Positions 28,101 to 38,427 of a stretch of 64,000 nucleotides of DNA are shown here, in pieces. Both the position numbers and the translations under genes were made by a program. How positions within the stretch are numbered: the first letter of the stretch is position 1; each line of letters opens with the position of its first letter. The DNA comes from Phallusia mammillata (taxonomy: Eukaryota). The notes below the pieces were generated by a model, which worked only from the letters and a program-made list of their open reading frames with translations, made no database searches and was not told the DNA's origin. The stretch is taken from assembly GCA_965637545.1 (NCBI GenBank), contig OZ281495.1, positions 11,532,001-11,596,000 on the forward strand. Reading direction: 5' to 3'.

Positions 28101-28704
28101 TATTTTTCAGAAATAAACTAACACCTTTTATCAGTATTTAAAAGTGCATGTTGGGTTGTATTTGCATTTCAGTGAAATTATTCTGTCAAAAAAAACATTT
28201 CCTGAAGCACAAAAACCTATACACCCTATAATAACCATTCAAAAACACAAAAAATCTGCATACCTTAAATTTATTTTGTGCTCAATAAGGTCACCATGCA
28301 CATTAAACTGATCACGTTCATCTTTACTTAAAGTGGTTCCTGGTTCCAGTAGCACCAACCCATGATCTTTTAAACCCAACTTCTCAGTGACATTTGACTC
28401 GACACCAACAGCAGCTTTTAAGTTAAACCTTTGCAACCGACGCTTTTTGAACTGTTTTAGAAAGGGTTGAAGTTTGTTTTTTGGAACAACAGCAGCTTTT
28501 ACAAAAACTGTCTTTTTGAATGCTTCCCTGTTACAGAAAAAGCATTATTTTGATATTTTAATAAGTTGTGATTACAAAGCCATACCTATCCAATACGGTC
28601 ATTCCTCGCACTGCAAGTGGTGGACGAAGGCTGTAAACTTCCTCATCCATTTTGAAGAAAAACTTCCGCACTTTTGACAAAAACGAATGTCTACGAATTA
28701 ACAT
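25184..28704 (-). CDS. TRMT5: tRNA (guanine37-N1)-methyltransferase
   Basis: Exons encode [79 protein letters not shown] and [13 protein letters not shown], ending KKRIKL*. All are colinear with Trm5. Confidence 0.93.
26450..26995. mobile_element. hAT (Charlie-like) non-autonomous element in a TRMT5 intron
   Basis: TIR CAGTGGTTCTCAAA...TTTGAGAACCACTG; perfect 8-bp TSD GTTTATAG at 26442-26449 and 26996-27003. Confidence 0.9.
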
Positions 28705-29290
28705 CCCTAAATCATTCACCAGAAGGACACATTTACCTTTCCCACAGATCTCTTTCAAATGTGCTAAAAAGGGTCATAGCAATAATTGTTGCTGAACTGG
28801 TAAAAGGTACCACCGTCATTTCGCCGAAATGAGAATTCGAGTTTTTTGGGGGAAATGTATGTGATTTATCCGTTTACCATATACATGTTTCAAAATGTTT
28901 TTTTTTTGTTTTTTTTCGACAATGAGGCGGCATTCCGATAACTGAAAATTTAACGAAATGTTTATTTGGAAAAAAATGCGTTTTATTTGTTGGGGACAAA
29001 TTTATTTAAGTTTAAAACCTTATGGCCATGCTTTTTAGCTGAATTTATTTTATCTTTAACTTTTAAGTGGCTAATCAGGAACACTAAAGTAAAACTTATT
29101 TGTATTACGAATTCTACATTAAAGTTTGCAACTTTAACTAGGACTTTCCAACCACGCCCAGGAGGCAGTCCTTGCGGTGGTCGTTCGGTTTTTTGTTAAC
29201 CCAGGACCTTTGCCAATAGCCGTATTTTACCTGGGCCTAGAGTTTATTAGGTTTTGTATGGAGATGTGCAGTTTTTTATTTCGTAGTTGA

Positions 29291-32200
29291 CTATTGTTTT
29301 TTTTGAAAAGTGTTACAGGATAAGGAGAAATTGGCAGTAGCAACGTCGTACGACGTTTCATCGCGGGTAGCCTGGTAGTAAATTATAGCCTCACGGTTTA
29401 CAACTATATCCAAAAATTCGAGCAAATTGTAATTAGTTTTGTTAACAACGGAATTCAACAAGCTTTGTTTCAAAATTAAATTTGGTTTTAATTCTAATCC
29501 CACTCTTGAAGAACTAACAATTTGGCCGTCTGAAAATTGGCGGTTCCTAATTTTTTCTCGGCACAGGAAATGCTTTACGTATTGCCACAAATTAAAGGTT
29601 TCAATTGTCGAAATATTGCTTTTCTCAAATGAAAAATTTTGATAATACTTTTTTAGGTCGCATTTTGATAAGGTCAAATAAAGGCAGTATCTATACCCAG
29701 CAGTTACACATTGGGCGTTCGTCCAGTTCATACTCATATCACGTAGCAAGTGTTCTGTTATAGTATGATAAGTTTCTCTGTCCTTGTTGTTTAAATCTAG
29801 CTCAGTTATTTTATCAATTACATTATCTGAAGTAGCGTGGTACAACGGATAATTTTCAAAAACATTTTTTTCCGAAATTTGAGCGTTAGCGTGGTGTAAG
29901 TTAAGTTTTCTTTTTTTTCTTTTTATTGTGATAGGGATTTGGCTTTTACTTGGCATATTCTGGGGAATTTGAGATAATTTAGTGTAAAACAAAATGTATG
30001 CACCACTCTGTATTCGATGTTCAACATTGTCCCAATTAACATGTTTGATTTTTTTGTCATTGTATTCTAATATTCCTTGCTCCGCAAAAGAGTAGGCCAT
30101 GTAATGCCCGGAACTGGATTGCGCGCCAACATGAACAATTGCACATTTTAAAACAAACACAGCGTCTCCTAGTGTCAATCGCAAATCCGGTAAAATCGTT
30201 TTAGTGCATTTTCCGCTAATACTAGATCGTGGCAATACGATCGGCAAAACGTCGGAAGTTGAAACAAGTTTTAATTTTTTTTCAAACTGTTTTTCACTGC
30301 CGCAAGTGGAGCAGTTTGCCAAAAAGATTTCATTACAACATTTTTCGAAATACTTGCTTAATTTACTGCCAGCAACTATGTTTTGGTACATCGGAACAAA
30401 CCAAAAGTTTTGCTCCGGTTCCATTTGATTCTTGACGCTTTTGCAGGTTTGGCAAGTGGTGGTTGACCGAAATTGATGCCTAGGATTAAGGCCACAGTTT
30501 TCTAGCAGACTACCATTTTGATATAACATTAAAAACTCGCCGGCATCATGTTGATTACTAAAGTTCCATTTAAGATCTTTACAGATTTTTTTAATCAAAT
30601 TGCGATGGACGTCGACGTCGTACGATTTGTTACTTAAGGAAGTTAAAAAGTTAGCAACGGGGTCAGAAACAGCCGTACGAGGTGAATTGGCAAACTTTTG
30701 CTTCATGAGGAATTTAAGTGATTGAAAAACAGAATTTAACCAGCATGTGTTTCCAAAGTTTTGCAAACCGACGGATTGGTCATTTTGTTCGTCTAAATGT
30801 CGTTTTATTGCAAAATTGCACTGTGGCGAATTTTCTACTAAGGCGTATGCAATCCACTGACGGAAAAACTTAGGGTCAAATTTACATAGGGGTTGTTTTG
30901 ATACGTTTGAAATAATTTGGTCTACTCCATAACAAACGCAAACTCCGCAACTTAACTGGTCTGTTTGTGGTATTAAAGTGTCCTGGAAGAGTTTAATCTT
31001 TGAGCCTGGGCCAGTAATGTCATTTAAAAACGGCACTAGATGGGACTGTATTAACTTAACAAGTTCGTTTTGGGTTTCTTTAGCTGAATCAAATAATTTA
31101 AGTTCCATTTTATCTTTGCAAAACCAAATGAGCATAAAATGATTTTTCCATAGGATAGGAATAAGTAAGTTATTCCTGATTTGACCGTCTGTTGGCCGAC
31201 AGATGGGTTGCATAACTCCTTGCAAGTTTTTAAATGCTTTGTTGTTTAAAATTTGTTCAGTAACGCAGCAGTCCAGCATACCAAACTCGGAATTTAGAAA
31301 AGTGTTACCAATATTAACCGATCGGTGGATATACGAATCTACGACATTACTAGTAAGCCACCCGAACGTGTCCTTAGTGTGAACATGTGACAGAAGTGCG
31401 TCGCGTGTGGAGTTTTTTGGTTCGGTGCACAGTGAACACAAATCTAACCATGTTAGTGGACTGCCGTTGGGCGTTATTAAAGCCTGATTTAAAATCGATG
31501 CGTCAGTAAATTTCACATGATGCCAAATATAATTTGCCAATGTTTTCACCATTTTTACGACAGAGGGAGTTGATGAAACAAAGGAAAAATGCGCCAAAGT
31601 TGGGGTACTGGTTAATTCATTGTTGTCTTTAGTACTATTATTTTGAAACCGAATTCGTTTTGCCAATCGTGGTGACGAATAGAAGCTTTTTGAATTTCGT
31701 TTTCGTTTTTTAAATTGCGCCAAAACCAGAGGGGTGGATTTTTCGTCTGTTCCAGTGTTTTGCGTATTTTTATTTAAGTGCATCAAACTGTCAGCAAATT
31801 GTTTTTCCTGAACCTTTATCGCTTTGTGATATAGATGGACAAAGTCGTCTATTCGTGCTACTCTTTTACCGTCGATATAATTTTGTTTCATGTCCCCGAA
31901 ATGCTGTTCTATAATTCCTTGTGTGTTATTGTTTGTCAAAATGGTCTGAAATTTTACATTACTTAATTTGTCACATTTATTTGAATAATCTAAGTACAGC
32001 TCATGCTGCTCAGGCGACGTGTCGTCGGCAACATGTCGAGATAAATCCCCTAGCAATAGATGTGATGTGCAACAAATTCTGCTCAGTACCCGTTCAAGTA
32101 ATATTTTGAAAAAAGTTGGATTGTGGTACAAATTGTTTTCAAGATTTGCTGACAGTTGTATGTTGTACTCGTCTGAAACAATAATTTTTTTAAACATTCT

Positions 32201-33349
32201 GTCGTAACGATGAAAAAATGGGGATTTTTTTTCTTGTAAAGCATCATCACTTTTTCCAGTAAAAAAATAATCTGCATCATCACCCGGGTCCAATTCAAAG
32301 GTGTCATTGTCAACGTTTACACTTAGAGAGTTGTCGAGTTTGTGTTTCAAATTGTTAAAGTGTTTTTCTACAAGGGGAGAGTTTTTTTCGCAGTGGGTTA
32401 AAATAATTAAACTAGCAACAGCATCAACTAATTCCTTAATAGTTTTGCAAGTAAAAAGCAAATTTACCCAGTATAGTGCCGACTGAGCTAATTTCTTGTC
32501 GGACCAGTGTTTCAGGCACATAATTTTGGCTGCTTTCATGGCATGACTGTAGCAATTATGCACTATTGTTAATTTTAAATCATCTTTAAGTGGCAACCCA
32601 ACTACTATGCGATGACAACGATTGTAATATTCAAGGCGCGATTCTCTACATAAGGCTTTAAGAACCCCATTCCACATGGCCATGGATCCATCAATAATTA
32701 TAAAAGCCGGTTTTCTAGATACTTTACAAATTTTTACAACGTTCATTAGAAACGACTCGAGAAAATGGCTGATGCTATTGCTGTCATGACAAGTGGTAAC
32801 GTTTGTTGCCACCGGAAGTGCCACTTCCCCTTTTGTAGGGTTTCTTACTAAAAGTGTGTACACCTGAAAATCGGAGTATCCGTTTTGACTACGAAGGCAA
32901 CTTCCAGTAGCATCAAAGTAGACGATATCTTTTAAACAAAGGTCGAAATAGAGTTTTACTTGTAAATTTGAATATAATGTTACAGACGGGGGATGAATGC
33001 ATATTAGGCGAACAAAAGTTCGTTGCTTTTTTAACTGGAGAAAGTGCAACAAATTTATATACCATAGTTTGGAATAGTGGAACATAGATTTACCTTCGCT
33101 TTTTATGTTGCGAAGCACGGATTGGGAGGGTAAAAAAGTATGTGCACCTAACCAACGTTCCGCTTCTGTTAAATTGTCAAATAATTTTCTTTGTAATTTA
33201 TTCGCCGACTGAAATTGAAGTTGGCGTTTAAGTTGGTCCCGCCTTTTACCAGATACCCGTCGTCTCCGTTTGCAACCTTTTTGGTGGTTTCGCATGCCTC
33301 TTACCGTTACTTGGCCTTCAACTCGATCCACGAACGAAATCAAATCCAC
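29291..33349 (-). CDS. MULE/NOF-like DDE transposase fused to Ulp1 (C48) SUMO protease and USP (C19) deubiquitinase
   Basis: Numbering is in the 1352-aa ORF. DDE: YFD146ATG, IID220GS, C266YSH269, IIE481QHF. Ulp1: GWLTSNVVDSY, NH737F, FD754S, Q795TDQLSC801G. USP: GLQNFGNTC869WLNSVFQSL, QHDAGEFL, two CxxC, GH1082Y, YN1097D1098, AYILFY. The frame stays open ~55 codons upstream of the annotated GTG start. Confidence 0.9.
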   Translation of the reverse strand: MDLISFVDRVEGQVTVRGMRNHQKGCKRRRRVSGKRRDQLKRQLQFQSANKLQRKLFDNLTEAERWLGAHTFLPSQSVLRNIKSEGKSMFHYSKLWYINLLHFLQLKKQRTFVRLICIHPPSVTLYSNLQVKLYFDLCLKDIVYFDATGSCLRSQNGYSDFQVYTLLVRNPTKGEVALPVATNVTTCHDSNSISHFLESFLMNVVKICKVSRKPAFIIIDGSMAMWNGVLKALCRESRLEYYNRCHRIVVGLPLKDDLKLTIVHNCYSHAMKAAKIMCLKHWSDKKLAQSALYWVNLLFTCKTIKELVDAVASLIILTHCEKNSPLVEKHFNNLKHKLDNSLSVNVDNDTFELDPGDDADYFFTGKSDDALQEKKSPFFHRYDRMFKKIIVSDEYNIQLSANLENNLYHNPTFFKILLERVLSRICCTSHLLLGDLSRHVADDTSPEQHELYLDYSNKCDKLSNVKFQTILTNNNTQGIIEQHFGDMKQNYIDGKRVARIDDFVHLYHKAIKVQEKQFADSLMHLNKNTQNTGTDEKSTPLVLAQFKKRKRNSKSFYSSPRLAKRIRFQNNSTKDNNELTSTPTLAHFSFVSSTPSVVKMVKTLANYIWHHVKFTDASILNQALITPNGSPLTWLDLCSLCTEPKNSTRDALLSHVHTKDTFGWLTSNVVDSYIHRSVNIGNTFLNSEFGMLDCCVTEQILNNKAFKNLQGVMQPICRPTDGQIRNNLLIPILWKNHFMLIWFCKDKMELKLFDSAKETQNELVKLIQSHLVPFLNDITGPGSKIKLFQDTLIPQTDQLSCGVCVCYGVDQIISNVSKQPLCKFDPKFFRQWIAYALVENSPQCNFAIKRHLDEQNDQSVGLQNFGNTCWLNSVFQSLKFLMKQKFANSPRTAVSDPVANFLTSLSNKSYDVDVHRNLIKKICKDLKWNFSNQHDAGEFLMLYQNGSLLENCGLNPRHQFRSTTTCQTCKSVKNQMEPEQNFWFVPMYQNIVAGSKLSKYFEKCCNEIFLANCSTCGSEKQFEKKLKLVSTSDVLPIVLPRSSISGKCTKTILPDLRLTLGDAVFVLKCAIVHVGAQSSSGHYMAYSFAEQGILEYNDKKIKHVNWDNVEHRIQSGAYILFYTKLSQIPQNMPSKSQIPITIKRKKRKLNLHHANAQISEKNVFENYPLYHATSDNVIDKITELDLNNKDRETYHTITEHLLRDMSMNWTNAQCVTAGYRYCLYLTLSKCDLKKYYQNFSFEKSNISTIETFNLWQYVKHFLCREKIRNRQFSDGQIVSSSRVGLELKPNLILKQSLLNSVVNKTNYNLLEFLDIVVNREAIIYYQATRDETSYDVATANFSLSCNTFQKKQ

Positions 33350-33497
33350 ACATATTTTTATTTCACAGTTGCAGCATCTCCCGTGGGCACAATACAGTTT
33401 GATTGCTCCTTCGAGGTAGCTGTCGGAATTGGGCTTGATGGTATTAACAGTTTGGGGGTCCCGTAAATAATGGCTTTCAATGTTAGGGACGCAATTA

Positions 33498-34765
33498 TCA
33501 TATATTTGCCGTATTTTTTTTTAAAATAGTGTCTTTGTACGCATTGCTCCCAAATTTATTCGCAGTGCGTTTTTTTGTAATACTTTTCCAAACGTCAAGA
33601 CCAATGTGAATTTTTTCTTGTAGATTTACGTGGACATTGTGCATCAGAGAAGTTGTTTGTTTTTTAACTTTACCAAGATCGTTTAAAATATTTGTCGAAA
33701 TCCAGTTCTCCTCTGACGAACTGTTTTGAATTGTGCTATCAATTTGTGGATCCAAACTACAATCGCTTAAATTATCAGAAAATGCGCAATCGTTCGCGTG
33801 AGTTGACATGGCGTCCGTGGCAGGTGAGAGGCTTTCGTCAGAAAAGTCGGATAGCGGTTGAGTTTTTGAAATACTAGTTGAAATAACGGGATTTTTTGTG
33901 TTAGGGGATGCTGGCTTGCTGGTACTGATTTCTGTGCCTGTGTCAGTGGAAGCATGGCGGTACACATTTTTTGGATCGGCGTTTACAATTGAATTATTAC
34001 ATACAAAATGAAGCTTATTCCATTGCTCGTTGCTAAATTTTTGGGGGTAACATTTTGAAACACGCATCGTGGATGAAACCATTGTAAACACGATTCGCAT
34101 TCTACCATTTGTTCTCCGCACCATACAGTTTTGCAAACACAATATGTTTTTTGACGTGGCGTCCCTTTATTGTCTGAAACGTCGGAATTTGATCGTACAT
34201 CATCTGGGTTTAATTTTAAATATGACTGTTGGACGGAATTTCTAAATGCCAGGTTATTGAACCATTCATATCGAATCGTTTTTACTGTTTGCTTGGTAAT
34301 TTGCAAATGACATCCTTGTAAATAAGCAGTTATTGCACTTATAGGTAAAGACGAGTGATTGGGGTATCTAGTAAGCTGCTTTGCCAGAGCATCAATACAC
34401 GCTTTTTTATATTCGCCCTGAATGCCATTACTATCCTTTTTTCCATGTAATGTTTTTATATGTTCCCTTTCAAACGCGAAAAGCTTGTTTAAACGGTAAC
34501 ATTGAGTATGATTTTTCCAAAATGAGTTTATTTTTAAAAAGTTTTTAGCGGATGTATCATCAAACCCAATAAGATTGTGTTTTTTGAAGTACAAAGCAAT
34601 TGCTTTTGCCAAACGATTTATCGCGTTTTTACTTGCCCCGCCAATTTTAATTTTAGGGTTGTTGCAAACTACATATATACCATGCAAACCTCTCGCATTA
34701 TGCGCAAATTTGATTGTTTGAACGGTTTTTTTATTGTATTGGGGGAAAACAAATGGTGATTTCAT
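33498..34765 (-). CDS. Frameshifted 5' part of the transposon polyprotein: N-terminal domain, PHD finger and S/T-rich linker
   Basis: ATG at 34765 (MKSPFVFP...). PHD YCVCK...MVECESCLQWFHPRCV continues in the -1 frame as ...LHFVCNNS. The linker frame ends at an A9 run, where the +1 frame continues into the transposase. Confidence 0.65.
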
Positions 34766-35003
34766 CCACGACCATGTTTCGCATGTAAGAAAAAAGTCTG
34801 TGAGAAAAAAATCAAAAAACAAACACATGCACAAACCGTCTGCGACTTCCGGGAAGAGCACACACAAGATGCATAGGTAGGTAGTGAAGACACACATAAA
34901 GAAAGGGAGAAACAGCCGAGTCCTGTGGATTAGTGAAAACCCACGGCCAGTATTCTTTCCTCTTGTCTGTATGCCTTGCACCTGTTGGTTTCGCCTATGC
35001 TCG

Positions 35004-35889
35004 ACCGACGAAGCTTCCACCTTCGCCGGAGCCGTCACCTTTACCGACGAAGTTGTCACCTACGCCGGAGCCGTTACTTTCACCGACGAAGTTGCCAGCT
35101 TCGCCGGAGCCGTCGCCTTCACTGACGAAGTTGCCATCTTCGTCGAAGCCGTCGCCTTCACTGACGAAGTTGCCAGCTTCGCCGGAGCCGTCACCTTTAC
35201 CGACGAAGTTGTCACCTACGCCGGAGCCGTTACTTTCACCGACGAAGTTGCCAGCTTCGCCGGAGCCGTCGCCTTCACTGACGAAGTTGCCATCTTCGTC
35301 GAAGCCGTCGCCTTCACTGACGAAGTTGCCAGCTTCGCCGGAGCCGTCGCCTTCACCGACGAAGTTGCCAGCTTCGCCGGAGCCGTCGCCTTCACCGACG
35401 AAGTTGCCAGCTTCGCCGGAGCCGTCACCTTCACCGACGAAGTCGCCGCCTTCGCCTTCACTGACGAAGTTGCCATCTTCCTCGGAGCCGTCGCCTTCAC
35501 CGACGAAGTTGCCAGCTTCGCCGGAGCCGTCGCCTTCACCGACGAAGTTGCCAGCTTCGCCGGAGCCGTCGCCTTCACCGACGAAGTTGCCATCTTCGTC
35601 GGAGCCGTCGCCTTCACCGACGAAGTTGCCAGCTTCGCCGGAGCCGTCGCCTTCACCGACGAAGTTGCCAGCTTCGCCGGAGCCGTCGCCTTCACCGACG
35701 AAGTTGCCATCTTCGTCGGAGCCGTCACTTTTACCGACGAAGTTGCCAGCTTCGCCGGAGCCGTCGCCTTCACCGACGAAGTTGCCATCTTCGTCGGAGC
35801 CGTCACTTTTACCGACGAAGTTGCCATCTTCGTCGGAGCCGTCGCCTTCACCGACGAAGTTGCCAGCTTCGCCGGAGCCGTCGCCTTCA
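35004..35889. repeat. GC-rich 39-bp tandem array, ~23 units
   Basis: Unit ACCGACGAAGTTGCCAGCTTCGCCGGAGCCGTCGCCTTC; 13-aa periodicity in four open frames; one 27-bp short unit; units 2-5 duplicated as 6-9. Confidence 0.97.
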
Positions 35890-38427
35890 CTTGTCAAACT
35901 TTTTCCTTCATTGCCGGAACATAATTTCGTTGTCCGTTAAACTTTCGAAAAATGTCCACTAAGCTGGGCCCCTTTAAACAAATGAACCACTTTTAACCAC
36001 TGGGGGTAGTATTTTATAGAGTCGTTCGTCCGCTTTTTATTGCAGAAATGGATAGTACTCGGGTATATGTTTCAAAAACACTTGTCAAACTTTTTCCTTC
36101 ATTGCCGGAACATAATTTCATTGTCCGTTAAACTTTCGAAAAATGTCCACTAAGCTGGGCCCCTTTAAACAAATGAACCACTTTTAACCACTGGGGGTAG
36201 TATTTTATAGAGTCGTTCGTCCGCTTTTTATTGCAGAAATGGATAGTACTCGGGTATATGTTTCAAAAACACTTGTCAAACTTTTTCCTTCATTGCCGGA
36301 ATATAACTTCGTTGTTCGTCAAACTTTCGAAAAATGTCCACTAAGCTGGGCCCCTTTAAACAAATGGGCCACTTTTACTCACTGGGGGTAGTATTTTATA
36401 GAGTCGTTCGTCCGCTTTTTATTGCAGAAATGGATAGTACTCGGGTATATGTTTCAAAAACACTTGTCAAACTTTTTCCTTCATTGCCGGAACATAATTT
36501 CGTTGTTCGTCAAACTTTCGAAAAATGTCCACTAAGCTGGGCCCCTTTAAACAAATGGGCCACTTTTACTCACTGGGGGTAGTATTTTATAGAGTCGTTC
36601 GTCCGCTTTTTATTGCAGAAATGGATAGTACTTCAGTATATGTTTCAAAAACACTTGTCAAACTTTTTCCTTCATTGCCGGAACATAATTTCGTTGTCCG
36701 TTAAACTTTCGAAAAATGTCCACTAAGCTGGGACCCTTTAAACAAATGGGCCATTTTTAACCACTCGGGGTAGTAATTTATAGAGTCGTTCGTCCGCTTT
36801 TTATTGCAGAAATGGATAGTACTTCAGTATATGTTTCAAAAACACTTGTCAAACTTTTTCCTTCATTGCCGGAACATAATTTCGTTGTCCGTTAAACTTT
36901 CGAAAAATGTCCACTAAGCTGGGCCCCTTTAAACAAATGAACCACTTTTAACCACTGGGGGTAGTATTTTATAGAGTCGTTCGTCCGCTTTTTATTGCAG
37001 AAATGGATAGTAATCGGGTATATGTTTCAAAAACACTTGTCAAACTTTTTCCTTCATTGCCGGAACATAATTTCATTGTCCGTTAAACTTTCGAAAAATG
37101 TCCACTAAGCTGGGCCCCTTTAAACAAATGAACCACTTTTAACCACTGGGGGTAGTATTTTATAGAGTCGTTCGTCCGCTTTTTATTGCAGAAATGGATA
37201 GTACTCGGGTATATGTTTCAAAAACACTTGTCAAACTTTTTCCTTCATTGCCGGAATATAACTTCGTTGTTCGTCAAACTTTCGAAAAATGTCCACTAAG
37301 CTGGGCCCCTTTAAACAAATGGGCCACTTTTACTCACTGGGGGTAGTATTTTATAGAGTCGTTCGTCCGCTTTTTATTGCAGAAATGGATAGTACTCGGG
37401 TATATGTTTCAAAAACACTTGTCAAACTTTTTCCTTCATTGCCGGAACATAATTTCGTTGTTCGTCAAACTTTCGAAAAATGTCCACTAAGCTGGGCCCC
37501 TTTAAACAAATGGGCCACTTTTACTCACTGGGGGTAGTATTTTATAGAGTCGTTCGTCCGCTTTTTGTTGCAGAAATGGATAGTACTCGGGTATATGTTT
37601 CAAAAACACTTGTCAAACTTTTTCCTTCATTGCCGGAACATAATTTCGTTGTTCGTCAAACTTTCGAAAAATGTCCACTAAGCTGGGCCCCTTTAAACAA
37701 ATGGGCCATTTTTACCCACTGGGGGTAGTATTTTATAGAGTCGTTCGTCCGCTTTTTATTGCAGAAATGGATAGTACTTCAGTATATGTTTCAAAAACAC
37801 TTGTCAAACTTTTTCCTTCATTGCCGGAACATAATTTCGTTGTCCGTTAAACTTTCGAAAAATGTCCACTAAGCTGGGACCCTTTAAACAAATGGGCCAT
37901 TTTTAACCACTCGGGGTAGTATTTTATAGAGTCGTTCGTCCGCTTTTTATTGCAGAAATGGATAGTACTTCAGTATATGTTTCAAAAACACTTGTCAAAC
38001 TTTTTCCTTCATTGCCGGAACATAATTTCGTTGTCCGTTAAACTTTCGAAAAATGTCCACTAAGCTGGGCCCCTTTAAACAAATGAACCACTTTTAACCA
38101 CTGGGGGTAGTATTTTATAGAGTCGTTCGTCCGCTTTTTATTGCAGAAATGGATAGTACTCGGGTATATGTTTCAAAAACACTTGTCAAACTTTTTCCTT
38201 CATTGCCGGAACATAATTTCGTTGATCGTCAAACTTTCGAAAAATGTCCACTAAGCTGGGCCCCTTTAAACAAATGGGCCACTTTTAGCCACTGGGGGTA
38301 GTATTTTATAGAGTCGTTCGTCCGCTTTTTATTGCAGTAATGGATAGTACTCGAGTATATGTTTTAAAAACACTTGTCAAACTTTTTCCTTCATTGCCGG
38401 AATATAATTTAGTTGTTCGTCAAACTT
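35888..38427. repeat. 191-bp satellite-like tandem array, 13 full units plus a partial 14th
   Basis: CACTTGTCAAACTTTTTCC recurs at 35888, 36079, 36270 ... 38371, with exact 191-bp spacing at every position checked. Units are highly similar, and variant patterns recur at 955 bp (5 units). Confidence 0.98.

Noticed and set aside
33514-34047. Canonical programmed -1 frameshifting joining the transposon ORFs
   Set aside because: The first site is not an in-frame X XXY YYZ heptamer. The second site has U UUA AAA but needs +1, not -1. Error or mutation is at least as likely.
36334-37728. Three 82-aa ORFs (MSTKLGPFK...) in the 191-bp array
   Set aside because: 191 is not a multiple of 3, so frames rotate and stop. 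These are by-products of the repeat.
35004-38427. Repeat arrays as a CRISPR array
   Set aside because: Units are contiguous with no unique spacers, there are no cas genes, and the context is eukaryotic.
35888-38427. Classical Foldback arm
   Set aside because: There is no inverted copy of either array at the left end; the TIR is only ~70 bp.
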